DNA of 63,192 bases, the filler included, from Octopus bimaculoides (taxonomy: Eukaryota): the NCBI RefSeq assembly GCF_001194135.2. It is 7 parts of 6 records of this genome, joined end to end, with 100 filler letters (N's around TTAATTAATTAA, not from the genome) between each part and the next. Parts side by side here need not be neighbours in the genome. Positions count along the whole stretch, not along the records: positions 37,799 to 53,399 come from NC_068985.1; 6 more parts are not named here. One strand, written 5' to 3'. The notes under the pieces were generated by a model. The model did not search any database, was not told where the DNA came from, and saw only the letters and a list, made by a program, of their open reading frames with translations. Position numbers and translations under genes: made by a program. Within the stretch, counting starts at the first letter, position 1, and each line of letters begins with the position of its first letter. Shown in pieces: positions 42,739-52,597 of this stretch.

Positions 42739-42886
42739 CGACGGGCTTCTTTTAGTTTCCATCTACCAAATCCACTCACAAGGCTTTGGTCAGCCTGAGG
42801 CTATAGTAGAAGACACTTGCTCAAGGTGTCATGCAGTGGAATTGAACCTGGAACCATGTGGTTGATAAGCAAGCTATGTATATAAA

Positions 42887-42917
<31 letters not shown>

Positions 42918-43135
42918 TTTGTTCCCTCCCACCACCACCACTGCTTGACAATCAGTGCTGGTGTGTTTTTGTCCCAGTAACTTTGTGGTTCGGCAAAAGA
43001 GATCAATAGAATAAGTACCAGGCTTAAAAAAAAAAACTAAGTATTGGGGTTGATACAGCTGACTAAAAGCTCTTAAAGGCAATGCCCCAGTATGGCCACA
43101 GTCTCATGACTGAAACAAGTAAAATGGAAAAGATA
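42480..43135. mobile_element. Two SINE family A copies back to back: minus copy (about 42480-42875) and plus 3' half (about 42895-43135)
   Basis: Both segments match the family A pattern, in opposite orientations. Confidence 0.75.
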
Positions 43136-43164
43136 AAAGAGTCTTAATATTTTTAATGTAATCA

Positions 43165-43370
43165 AGGCAATGAGCTGGCAGAATCGTTAACACGCCGGGC
43201 AAAATGCTTAGTGGTATTTCGTCTGTTGTTACGTTCTGAGTTCAAATTCTGCCGAGGGCAACTTTGCCTTTCATTCTTTTGGGGTCGATAAATTAAGTAC
43301 CAGTTGAGCACTGGAGTTGATGTAATCGAGTTAATCCCTTTGTCTATTCTTGTTTGTCCCCTCTATGTTG
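43165..43370 (+). mobile_element. Family B SINE
   Basis: AAGGCAATGAGCTGGCAGAATCG..TGAGTTCAAATTC..GGGGTCGATAAATTAAGTACCAG. Confidence 0.8.
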
Positions 43371-43409
43371 AACAGTTCGCTAATTCTTGAAATTTGTGGT
43401 TCGGCAAAA

Positions 43410-43830
43410 GAGACCAGGCTCTAATCTGATTTGGCAGAGTTTCTACAGCTAGATGCCCTTCCTAACGCCAACCACTCTGAGAGTGTAGTGGGTGCTTTTA
43501 CGTGCCACCGGCACAAAGGCCAATCAGGAGGTACTGGCAACGGCCACACTCGAAATGGTGTATTTTACGTGCCACCTACACAGGAGCCAGTCCAGCGGTA
43601 CTGGCAATGAACTCGCTCGAATGTCTTTTCACGTGCCACCAGCACAAATGCCAGGAAGGCAACGTTGGTAATGATCACACTCAAATGGTGCTATTTACGT
43701 GCCACTGGCACGGAAACCACACAGCTGGTGTTCTGGCACGCTCGGACGGTGTTCTTAGTGATCTACTGGTATAGGTGCCATCACAATTTCACTTTCGCTT
43801 GCCCCAACAGGTCTTCGCAAGCCAAGTTTA
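43410..43830 (-). mobile_element. RTE LINE 3' UTR fragment with about 65-bp tandem subunits
   Basis: The right part (..CTTGCCCCAACAGGTCTTCGCAAG) is the reverse complement of the RTE 3' UTR at about 59880-59905. Four units start with TTTACGTGCCAC or a close variant. The left part matches the RTE tail. Confidence 0.75.
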
Positions 43831-44251
43831 GTGTTCAATGTAGAGATGGATATACATAACTTCTGTAATTTTCTATACGGTGTGTTTGTTCATTGGCTCT
43901 AATGTCAGCTCTGACATTTCAAACCTATTAACCCAATGGCAATACAACTGTAACCATCCCAACATATTTTAATAAGAATACATTATCCAGTGTTTATTTT
44001 CTTAATTTAAGATGGCATAAAGTAATTTGTTAAATATTTGGCTGCCATTTCTGAGAAATTGAGGTACAGTTGAAAAATACTGTCTGTAAAAGAACCATGC
44101 AATGTCTAGGTATTTGGTCAATAAGTGATATTTTGTTATTTTAGCCCATGTTAGCCTTCATACAGTTATACAACGAATCATAATGGCAACAAGGAATGCC
44201 AACAACTGCACCTCTTCACTCAAGTACTGACAAATGTGGAATACAAATATC

Positions 44252-44857
44252 GGATCTTTTTTAAAACGGGGGCCCACATTTTTCATTAACGAAACACTTT
44301 GAAACTTGGAACATTGGTAGAATGTGTCATATAAAACATCTTTTTCTCTTAGTCTTCTTAAAAAAAAAAGAAATCCATAAGTTATTCCATGTTAAAGTTG
44401 TCGTATTTCTGTAATTTCAACCAATCAGTGACGTCCATTCAGCCGATGTACATTAAGTGCCGACTACATAAACAAACGATTCTGAAACAATTCTATCGGT
44501 GATAGGGTTAGGGTTAGGGTTAGGGTAAAACAGCAAATTTAAAAAGAAAAAAGCAAATAAAACGAAGAAAAAAAAAAGAAAATGAAAAAAGCAAATTTAA
44601 AATGAAAAGAGCAAATAAAACGAAGCTATGGCTTAATCAGCCAAAGGAATAAATGTAAACAACTGAATACTTGTCAGTGATTGGTTGAAATTATCGAAAT
44701 AAGACAATTTTTTACATGAAATAAATTCGAATACAAAAATATTTTTCTGTTTTATAACACAAAATAGATAAGTATACGAAGTTTGAAAGTCTTTCGGTAC
44801 CAAAAACACTACGTAAAACATTAATGAAAAATGTGGCCCCCGTTTTAAAAAAGATCC
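44252..44857. mobile_element. 606-bp non-autonomous DNA transposon (MITE) with TIRs, 8-bp TSD and internal (TTAGGG)4
   Basis: The left end GGATCTTTTTTAAAACGGGGGCCCACATTTTTCATTAA mirrors the right end TTAATGAAAAATGTGGCCCCCGTTTTAAAAAAGATCC. CAAATATC flanks both ends (44244-44251 and 44858-44865). Imperfect inverted similarity extends about 200 bp inward. TAGGGT x4 lies at 44503-44526. Confidence 0.9.
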
Positions 44858-45627
44858 CAAATATCACCACACATTCACACATATACATATTGTCATCCTC
44901 TATACTGGCATAGGTTGAGTAGTTTGACTTATATCCACACACACACACACACACATACATATATATACATGTGAAGGGTTCCCTGTAGTTTCCATCTCCC
45001 AAATGACTTCAAATGGAATTGGTCAATTCAGTGCTACAGTAGAGCACACCCAAGGAAGGTATCACACAATAGCATCAAAACTCAAAATTCCTGCATTTTT
45101 TAAATAAAAGTCTGCTGAGGTGGGTTTGTGAAATGCAATTCTATATAAGGGGACAGTGAGCTACAAAAGGCTGGAAACCAATAACATAAATATCTAAGCT
45201 GATCATGGTAGGTTTGAACCCAATCTAGCTTAAACATAAGTCTGAGAACCTATATTATTTTCTGGTCAAAGTTAATACTTATGTTATATATCATTAATAT
45301 CAGAAGAACGAAGGAGGTGAGCTGGTGGAATCATTAACTCACTGGGAAAAATGCTTAACGAACTTGCTGGCCTTGTGCCAAAATTTGAAACTAACATCAA
45401 AAGCTTAGGGCCTTGTTCATCATATATTTAATCCAAAATTGTTAGTCCTACAAAATATATAGCCTAGCCTATAGCTCTTTAGAAACAAGATACATAACCA
45501 AAGCAAAATATATTTTGTCAGACTAACGATAATAGATTAAATGTTTATTCCCTGTTAGACTTATCCTTATTCTAAGGGGCTGGACATGGCTTTTTTTGAA
45601 CTTATCATCTCCTGGAATATATATATA

Positions 45628-45682
<55 letters not shown>

Positions 45683-46400
45683 NNNNNNNNNNNNNNNNNN
45701 NNNNNNNNNNNNNNNNNNNNNNNNNNNNNNNNNNNNNNNNNNNNNNNNNNNNNNNNNNNNNNNNNNNNNNNNNNNNNNNNNNNNNNNNNNNNNNNNNNNN
45801 NNNNNNNNNNNNNNNNNNNNNNNNNNNNNNNNNNNNNNNNNNNNNNNNNNNNNNNNNNNNNNNNNNNNNNNNNNNNNNNNNNNNNNNNNNNNNNNNNNNN
45901 NNNNNNNNNNNNNNNNNNNNNNNNNNNNNNNNNNNNNNNNNNNNNNNNNNNNNNNNNNNNNNNNNNNNNNNNNNNNNNNNNNNNNNNNNNNNNNNNNNNN
46001 NNNNNNNNNNNNNNNNNNNNNNNNNNNNNNNNNNNNNNNNNNNNNNNNNNNNNNNNNNNNNNNNNNNNNNNNNNNNNNNNNNNNNNNNNNNNNNNNNNNN
46101 NNNNNNNNNNNNNNNNNNNNNNNNNNNNNNNNNNNNNNNNNNNNNNNNNNNNNNNNNNNNNNNNNNNNNNNNNNNNNNNNNNNNNNNNNNNNNNNNNNNN
46201 NNNNNNNNNNNNNNNNNNNNNNNNNNNNNNNNNNNNNNNNNNNNNNNNNNNNNNNNNNNNNNNNNNNNNNNNNNNNNNNNNNNNNNNNNNNNNNNNNNNN
46301 NNNNNNNNNNNNNNNNNNNNNNNNNNNNNNNNNNNNNNNNNNNNNNNNNNNNNNNNNNNNNNNNNNNNNNNNNNNNNNNNNNNNNNNNNNNNNNNNNNNC

Positions 46401-46697
46401 CCACAGCGTGGCACCTTGGGCAAGTGTCTTCTGCTATAACCCCGGGCTGACCGAAGCCTTGTGATTGAATTTGGTAGGCGGAAGTTACTGCCGTGTGTGT
46501 ATACGTCTGTGTATGTACTTGTGCCTCTCTCCCAGAGAGTGAGAGGGGGAATATATATATATATATATATGATGGGCTTCTTTCAGTTTCCATCTACCAA
46601 ATCCATTCACAAGGGTTTGGTCAGCCTAAGGTGCCACGCAGTGGGACTGAACCTGGAACCATGTAGTTGAGAAACCAGCTTCTTACCACACAGCCAC
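46401..46697. mobile_element. SINE family A fragments: plus fragment (46401-46490) and minus head fragment (46570-46697)
   Basis: GTGGCACCTTGGGCAAGTGTCTTC on the plus strand; GGGACTGAACCTGGAACCATGT..CTTACCACACAGCCAC on the minus strand. Confidence 0.7.
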
Positions 46698-47266
46698 ACC
46701 TACATGTATATCTACGCTCAGTGAATTAAATTTATGCATTTAAACTAGTTGCTGATGTCGACACCAAACACCAATTACATGTGCAAGCAAATCACATGTG
46801 ACTGGTCTATGTGCATTAAAACTTGTATTAATTTACATACACTTGAGTGTGTACTTTAATATTAAGTTTACATACATTCCTTGAATGAAAGTACGTTTAT
46901 GTGTGCATATTAGTAGTTAAACTGCAAAAGAAAATATATAATAAAAACACTCCATAACCGTGAAAAGATTTCTGGATCAGTAAATAATATATATTTATAA
47001 ATAGAAAAATATATATTAAAATCATGTAATTTACATACATTCAAATATATATATATACCTATGTATATATGTGAGAAAGAATAAGTTCAAGTAGAACAAT
47101 TCAAACATTTTGGGGAGTCCGAAAAGAAATATTTCTAATAAATATTCATTATATCAAAATGATAGCCTGCTAAAGCAAGCAATTAAAATATGAAAATAAC
47201 AAGTAAAAAGTTTGTTATAGGCATGTATAAGATAAAATCTTATATAAAATATGCTACTAACAATTG

Positions 47267-47988
47267 TAAAAATGGATATGTTAAAAGTGAAAATTAGAAT
47301 TTAATTTCCACATACGACCGGTTCAAATGGCAATACAAACATGTAAGAAAGACCATTAATAGTGGTTGGCGTTAGGAAGGGCATCCAGCTGTAGAAACTC
47401 TGCCAAATCAGACTGGAGCCTGGTGTTGCCATCCGGTTTCACCAGTCCTCAGTCAAATCGTCCAACCCATGCTAGCATGGAAAGCGGACGTTAAACGATG
47501 ATGATGATGATGATGTTATGTATCACCATTTTCATTAGTGTAAAAAATTAAAGGAAAACATCAAAAAAAGGTATTGCCAAAAAAAAATTTAGAAGTAAAA
47601 ACAAATGGGCTATGTTGGAGAAGCTGACCGGATATTTGCAAATAAATTGTAAAAGGGGAAACAAGAAGAGAAACAGGGACTCGAAAATACATTAACATGT
47701 CCCCGTTTCTCTTCTTTTTGACCTTTTTACAATTTATTTGCAAATATCAGATCAGCTTCTCCAACATAGCCCATTTGTTTTTCCTTCTAAATTTTTTTTG
47801 GCAATACCTTTTTTGATGTGTTCCTTTAATTTTTTTACACTGACGAGAATGGTGATACATAACTATTTTAATTATTATTAATATAATTAATGGTTTTTTT
47901 TTCTTACATGTTTGTATTACCATTTGAACAGGTTGTATGTTGAAATTAAATTCTAATTTGAACTTTTAATATTTCTTCTCCATTTTTA
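47267..47988. repeat. Long inverted repeat (foldback) with an RTE-tail insertion in the left arm
   Basis: Inner arms 47515-47680 and 47699-47863 are reverse complements (about 90% by eye) around an 18-nt loop. Outer arms 47267-47361 and about 47890-47988 continue the symmetry. Confidence 0.9.
47362..47514 (+). mobile_element. RTE-type 3' tail fragment ending in (GAT)n
   Basis: GTGGTTGGCGTTAGGAAGGGCATCCAGC..GCTAGCATGGAAAGCGGACGTTAAACGATGATGAT; the same tail occurs at 53500-53540 and, inverted, at 43410-43500 and 56095-56280. Confidence 0.8.
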
Positions 47989-48044
47989 TCTGTCCTTCAC
48001 TGTGAAGGAAAAGGCTTTCGTTACCAAAAGTGGTAGAAGCTCCC

Positions 48045-48431
48045 ACTCTTTACTCTTTTACTTGTTTCAGTCATTTGACTGCAGCCATGCTGGAGCACCG
48101 CCTTTAGTCGAGCAAATCGACCCCAGGACTTATTCTTTGTAAGCCTAGTACTTATTCTATCGGTCTCTTTTGCTGAACCGCTAGGTGACGGGGACATAAA
48201 CACACCAGCATCGGTTGTCAAACAATGCTAGGGGGACAAATACAGACACACAAACACACACATATATACGACGGGCTTCTTTCAGTTTCCATCTATCAAA
48301 TCCACTCACAAGGCTTTGGTTGGCCCGAGGCTATAGTAGAAGACACTTGCCCAAGATGCCATGCAGTGGGACTGAACCCGGAACCATGTGGTTGGTAAGC
48401 AAGCTACTTACCACACAGCCACTCCTGCGCC
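48045..48431 (-). mobile_element. tRNA-derived SINE family A, near full length, 10 bp beyond the ALKBH1 3' TSD
   Basis: Reverse complement of the 50700-51140 copy along its whole length. Confidence 0.85.
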
Positions 48432-48446
48432 TAATTGTTAGTAGAG

Positions 48447-48463
48447 TTTTTTTTTTTTTTTTT
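48447..48463 (-). other. Genomic poly(A) tract (A17) ending the ALKBH1 retrocopy, preceded by the variant poly(A) signal GATAAA (48475-48480)
   Basis: T17 on the plus strand at 48447-48463, about 290 nt 3' of the ALKBH1 stop. GATAAA lies 11 nt upstream on the gene strand and AGTAAA lies near 48504-48509. Confidence 0.7.
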
Positions 48464-48756
48464 ATATATGAGACTTTATCTTATACATGCCTATAACGAA
48501 CTTTTTACTTATATACCTGTGTGTATGCATGTATGTATATGTGTGTATGCATGCATGTACGTGTTTGTGCACGTCTATGAAGGTGTGTGTGTGTGTGTGT
48601 TTTGAGATTGAGGTAACAATAAATAAAAAAGGTGATGTTATTTCACCTGACAGCGTGAGTAGGTGTATAAGTTACTGCAAAGTGGTTTCAAACTTCCAAA
48701 CAGTTGGAAACACATCAAGTATAACACAATTTTCTTTCCCTTCATGCAACTTATCA

Positions 48757-49905
48757 TCATTTTACTTCACTGTTTGTATGATCTGGGAAACTCTGCCCGA
48801 CTTTTAAAACTTGCCTCACACTAATATTTATTCTGCTCTCCTTCAAGAAGTTTTCGTAATTCTCCCAATGTAAAGAATTCAACGTAGTCACTATCTGTTT
48901 GTTTATTTTATCACAGTCCGGAGAGTTGATCAAACTAAGTCCTGAGTCTTCTCTCGAGTCCGGCGTGTTTTGATGTACAAACAAATTTAATTCCGCGAGC
49001 TCGTCAGCCATCCTTGCATTACACGAAGTTTCAAAATGTTTTGATGGAAGCAACCGGGGTACGGCATGATAGCACAGTCTTGAATCTCCGGCCATAATAC
49101 AAATATCACCAGATCGAAGATGAAAAGCTGCGGGCTTTACTGCTTTAGTTACCCCACCTAATAGGAAGATTGCGTCCTGACCAAAACTGAAAGAAATAAT
49201 TGGTGAGTTATGGTCAAACTCTGAGTGATCTGTGTGTCCAGCTAAAGTAGATCCCATATGGTAATAGTTTACTATAGCGGCCTCTGGATTATATTCTTTA
49301 AAACCGACCACAGAAGCGATGTATTTAGCCAAAATTTCTAGATCAAATGGAAATGTAGACACCTGGTCTTTGCTATACGTTTTATCGTTCCAGTTATAAT
49401 GGTAACCCAGTGTGACCCACCGAAGTTTATTTATATGAAATCTCATATCGAAAGATAGACTGTCGACAACACATTGTGCTTTACCGCTTTCGTAATTTTC
49501 GCTGGCTGTCCAGATATTGTCAGGCCGATTAATTCCACATTGCTTTTCGATAAAATCGAGATTAGTAACATTTTGTCTGGAAGGATAGTCGTGCAGACAT
49601 CGATGAGTCCAGTAACGCTGAGCAGCAGCTGTGAAAGGGTTACTGATAAACACAAACCCCGGACTTGTTTTATAATAATACACTTTCCATTCGTTCACCG
49701 GTCGTAAGCCGAACAGGTGTGGTTCAGTTTTCGTTGTTTCTGTCTGGTTAAAAGGAATGACATTACAGTTATTATTTGTAATTAGCTCATTAGTAAAATC
49801 AATTACCTCTGAAAAATCGGGAGGTGGTTCTTTTCGCTTATATCGCTTAAATTCTTCACGAAATACATCCGTACCTTCGTCGTCGTCTCTGTAGGTAGAA
49901 GCCAT
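48757..49905 (-). CDS. ALKBH1: Nucleic acid dioxygenase ALKBH1 (AlkB homolog 1), 382 aa, single uninterrupted ORF, probable retrogene
   Basis: The translation carries ALKBH1-specific motifs: N-terminal VFREEFKRYKRK..EVIDF, KLRWVTLGYHYNW, EAAIVNYY, the Fe-binding HxD in GHTDHSE, PIISFSFGQDAIFLLGG, LRSGDICIMAGDSR, the distal His in YHAVPR, and the 2OG-binding RxxxxxR in SRINISVRQV. The start context is TCAAA-ATG-G. The ORF ends in three consecutive stops, TGA TGA TAA (48751-48759). Confidence 0.96.
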   Translation of the reverse strand: MASTYRDDDEGTDVFREEFKRYKRKEPPPDFSEVIDFTNELITNNNCNVIPFNQTETTKTEPHLFGLRPVNEWKVYYYKTSPGFVFISNPFTAAAQRYWTHRCLHDYPSRQNVTNLDFIEKQCGINRPDNIWTASENYESGKAQCVVDSLSFDMRFHINKLRWVTLGYHYNWNDKTYSKDQVSTFPFDLEILAKYIASVVGFKEYNPEAAIVNYYHMGSTLAGHTDHSEFDHNSPIISFSFGQDAIFLLGGVTKAVKPAAFHLRSGDICIMAGDSRLCYHAVPRLLPSKHFETSCNARMADELAELNLFVHQNTPDSREDSGLSLINSPDCDKINKQIVTTLNSLHWENYENFLKESRINISVRQVLKVGQSFPDHTNSEVK

Positions 49906-50009
49906 TTTGAAATATGAATAGTAATTTCCCTTCGTTTAAAAATCTGTAGAGTTTTTGCCCTTGAGAAAAATTGCTATTATGAACACCACACACACACATA
50001 CGCACTCCT

Positions 50010-50165
50010 TCTTTCTCTTTCTCTCTCTCTCTTTCTTTCTCTTTCTCTCTCTCTCTTTCTCTCCCTCCCCTCTCTTCTCCTCCTCTCTCTCTCTTTTTCT
50101 CTCTCCTCCTCTCTTTCTCTCCCTGCCCCTCTCTTTTTCTCTCCTTCCCCCTCTCTTTCTCTTCC
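50010..50165 (+). repeat. Degenerate (CT)n tract just upstream of ALKBH1
   Basis: Read directly; GA-rich on the gene strand. Confidence 0.9.
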
Positions 50166-50699
50166 ACTGTATGACTCAAGGGTGAGAGTTCCGTGCATTT
50201 CGCCTATTGCTAAGTGCAATACACGAAACGTTGAGCCATTGACTCACTTATGTAACTTTCTGGCGACTTGTGTGTGTTGTGTGCAAACGTGTGTAGGAGG
50301 AGAGAGATTTATATGCAAAAGAATTAGACGTCTTAATACACATTTTAAAAGGCGCTTCTCTTGTGACTGCATTCTATAACATGAAAATCTATCCACGTTT
50401 AATTCAAGAGAAATTTATAGATTTATCAGGACCTCCGACCTATCACATAGAGCTCTGTTTTATTAACAGTAGATTGAAGCAAGGCAGCAAGTTGGCAGAA
50501 TCGTTACCACACTTGACAAAATGCTTGGTGGTACTTCTTCTGAATTCTATACGTTCTACGTTCGAGTGCCGCCGAGGTCGACTTCACCTTCCAAAGTCGT
50601 TGGTTATATGGGTTCTTTTTTTTTTTTTTTTGCATTCCCCCACCCTCGTAATTTAGCGGTTCAGCAAAAGATACCGATAAAATATGTACAAGTTGTATA

Positions 50700-50874
50700 G
50701 GTGCAGGAGTGGCTGCGTGGTAAGTAGCTTGCTTACCAACCGCATGGTTCCTGGTTCATTCCCACTGCGTGGCACCTTGGGTAAGTGTCTTCTACTATAG
50801 CCTCGGACCGACTAAAGCTTTGTGAGTGGATTTGGTAGACGGAAACTGAAAGAAGCCCGTCGTATATATGTATG

Positions 50875-50931
<57 letters not shown>

Positions 50932-51140
50932 GTTTGTGTGTGTGTTTGTCCCCACCAACATCGCTTGACAACCGATGGTGGCGTGTTTACGTCCCCGTAA
51001 GTTAGCGGTTCGGCACAAAAGACCGATAGAATAAGTACTAGGCTTCCAAAGAATAAGTCCTGGGGTCGGTTTGCTCGACTAAAGGTGGTACTCCAGCATG
51101 GCCGCAGTCAAGTGACTGAAACAAGTAAAAGAGAGTAGAG
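50700..51140 (+). mobile_element. tRNA-derived SINE family A, near full length
   Basis: The head has Pol III A-box-like TGGCTGCGTGG and B-box-like GGTTCATTCCC. It continues with GGCACCTTGGGTAAGTGTCTTC, an internal (TA)/(TG) microsatellite, and a tail ..GACTGAAACAAGTAAAAGAG. Many similar copies are in the window. Confidence 0.85.
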
Positions 51141-51359
51141 TTTAGCACTGTAAATCGACTGCACACTCCTTCGAAATTCCTAGCATTGTGTTAAAATTTG
51201 AAGCCACGAATAGTAATATAGTACACACGGTAACATAAGTAGCGTTTCATTTCCTGCTCGCATAAACATCAGAGGAAGATTTGTCTGTGCTAGTAACCCA
51301 TACTATAGTTTTGTTCAACCCTGTCACACTATATGAGGTGTATTGTAACAATGTAGACT

Positions 51360-52260
51360 GGTACAAGCATGGTAGTGTGGTTAAAAAGCTCTCTTTACAA
51401 CCACAAGGTTTCGGGTTCAGTCCCACAGCGTGACATTTTGAGCGAGTATCTTCTGCTATAGTCTTAAGCCTTGCAAATAAATTTTGTACGCCGAAACTGT
51501 AGGAGCGCGTCATTTGTATGACTTCGTGTTTGTGTTTATCTCCGTAACTGCTTCGTGTTGGTGTGTTTACGTCTTCGCAAAGTAGCAGTTCGGTTAAAAC
51601 TAAAAAATAAAGAATAATGATCAAATGATTAAATACCAGACTTCAAAGAAAAATCAGCCCTGGGCTCGATTCGTTCGACTAATATTCTTCAAGAAGGCAG
51701 CGAGCTGGCAGATTCGTTAGCACGCCGGGCGAAATGCTTAACGGTATTTCGTCTGCCGTTACGTTCTGAGTTCAAATTCCAGCGGAGGTCGACTTTGCAT
51801 TTTATCCATTTGGGGTCGATTAAATAAGTACCAGTTAATCACTGGGGGGTCGATGTAATCCACTTAATCATTTTGTCTGTCTTTGTTTGTCCTCTTTATG
51901 TTTAGCTTCCTGTAGGTAATAAAGAAATAAATATTCTTCAAGATGGTAGCCCAGTATGGCTGCAGTCTAATGTTAAAAATAAGTACGAGAAATGTGTGTG
52001 TGTGCGCGTGCATTACACACACACGCGACAGCTTCTTTCAGTTTCCCGAGGCTATAGTAGAAGGTACTTGCCCAAGATTTCACATTGTAGGAGTGAACCC
52101 GGAACCTTGTGGTTGGTAAGCAACCTACTTAACACACAGCCACGTATTTATGTTTGAGTTTGTACCCACTCACCGCTTGGTAACTGGTGTCGGTTTGTTG
52201 ATGTCCCTATAACATAGACATTCGGCAAAAGAAAGATCGATAAGTACCTGACATTAAAAA
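51360..52260. mobile_element. Cluster of degenerate family A SINE pieces, the first split by a family B SINE
   Basis: A degenerate head GTAGTGTGGTTAAAAAGC..GGGTTCAGTCCCAC lies near 51375. The tail resumes after 51943. Further head and body fragments lie at 52020-52260. Confidence 0.6.
51695..51929 (+). mobile_element. SINE family B (Nin/Deu-domain-like), full length with 14-bp TSD
   Basis: AGGCAGCGAGCTGGCAGA..TGAGTTCAAATTCC..GTCGACTTTGCATTTTATCC..GGGGTCGATTAAATAAGTACCAG..TAATAAAGAAATA. It is flanked by AATATTCTTCAAGA at 51681-51694 and 51930-51943. The central GTCGACTTTGCCTTTCATCC..AGTACCAG segment resembles the Deu/Nin domain (from recall). Confidence 0.85.
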
Positions 52261-52597
52261 TGTAATACAACCACGTTGACTATACATCTCCCTTAACTCT
52301 TTACGCATTTCGATTACTCAGTAATTACAATGCTATTCACATTGTGTTGAAGTTTCGATGATATATAATAGCATAGTTTTAGAATAACATTGAGCAGTAG
52401 GTGTAAAAAGACAGATCCGGTCGGCTTTGACATGAAACGGGTAAAATATTTTTGACCTGATATGACTGATTGAAATGCTAAAGGCTGAAATATGTGTGTC
52501 TGTGATTCTAGTGATAAAAACATAAGCTTCGTATCAAGAAACATAACTCTGCTTTGGCTAGAGTTATGTACCTTGACTGACTGGAGTTTACATTTGT

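Larger units (their letters stand above)
48441..49956 (-). repeat. 11-bp direct repeat (candidate target-site duplication) flanking ALKBH1
   Basis: Plus-strand GTAGAGTTTTT occurs at 48441-48451 (overlapping the poly(A) end) and at 49946-49956 (40 nt upstream of the ATG). It reads AAAAACTCTAC on the gene strand. Confidence 0.75.

Noticed and set aside
44503-44526. (TTAGGG)4 as a telomere or chromosome fusion scar
   Set aside because: It lies inside a TSD-bounded TIR element, so it is transposon cargo.
48487-49707. Small ORFs overlapping or antisense to ALKBH1 (48487-48807, 49443-49655, 49474-49707)
   Set aside because: They are shadow frames of a real CDS or microsatellite-derived, with no recognisable motifs.
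50700-50780. tRNA genes at SINE heads (also 29940-30018 and others)
   Set aside because: A/B boxes are present but no full cloverleaf was evident, and each continues into a repeated SINE body.
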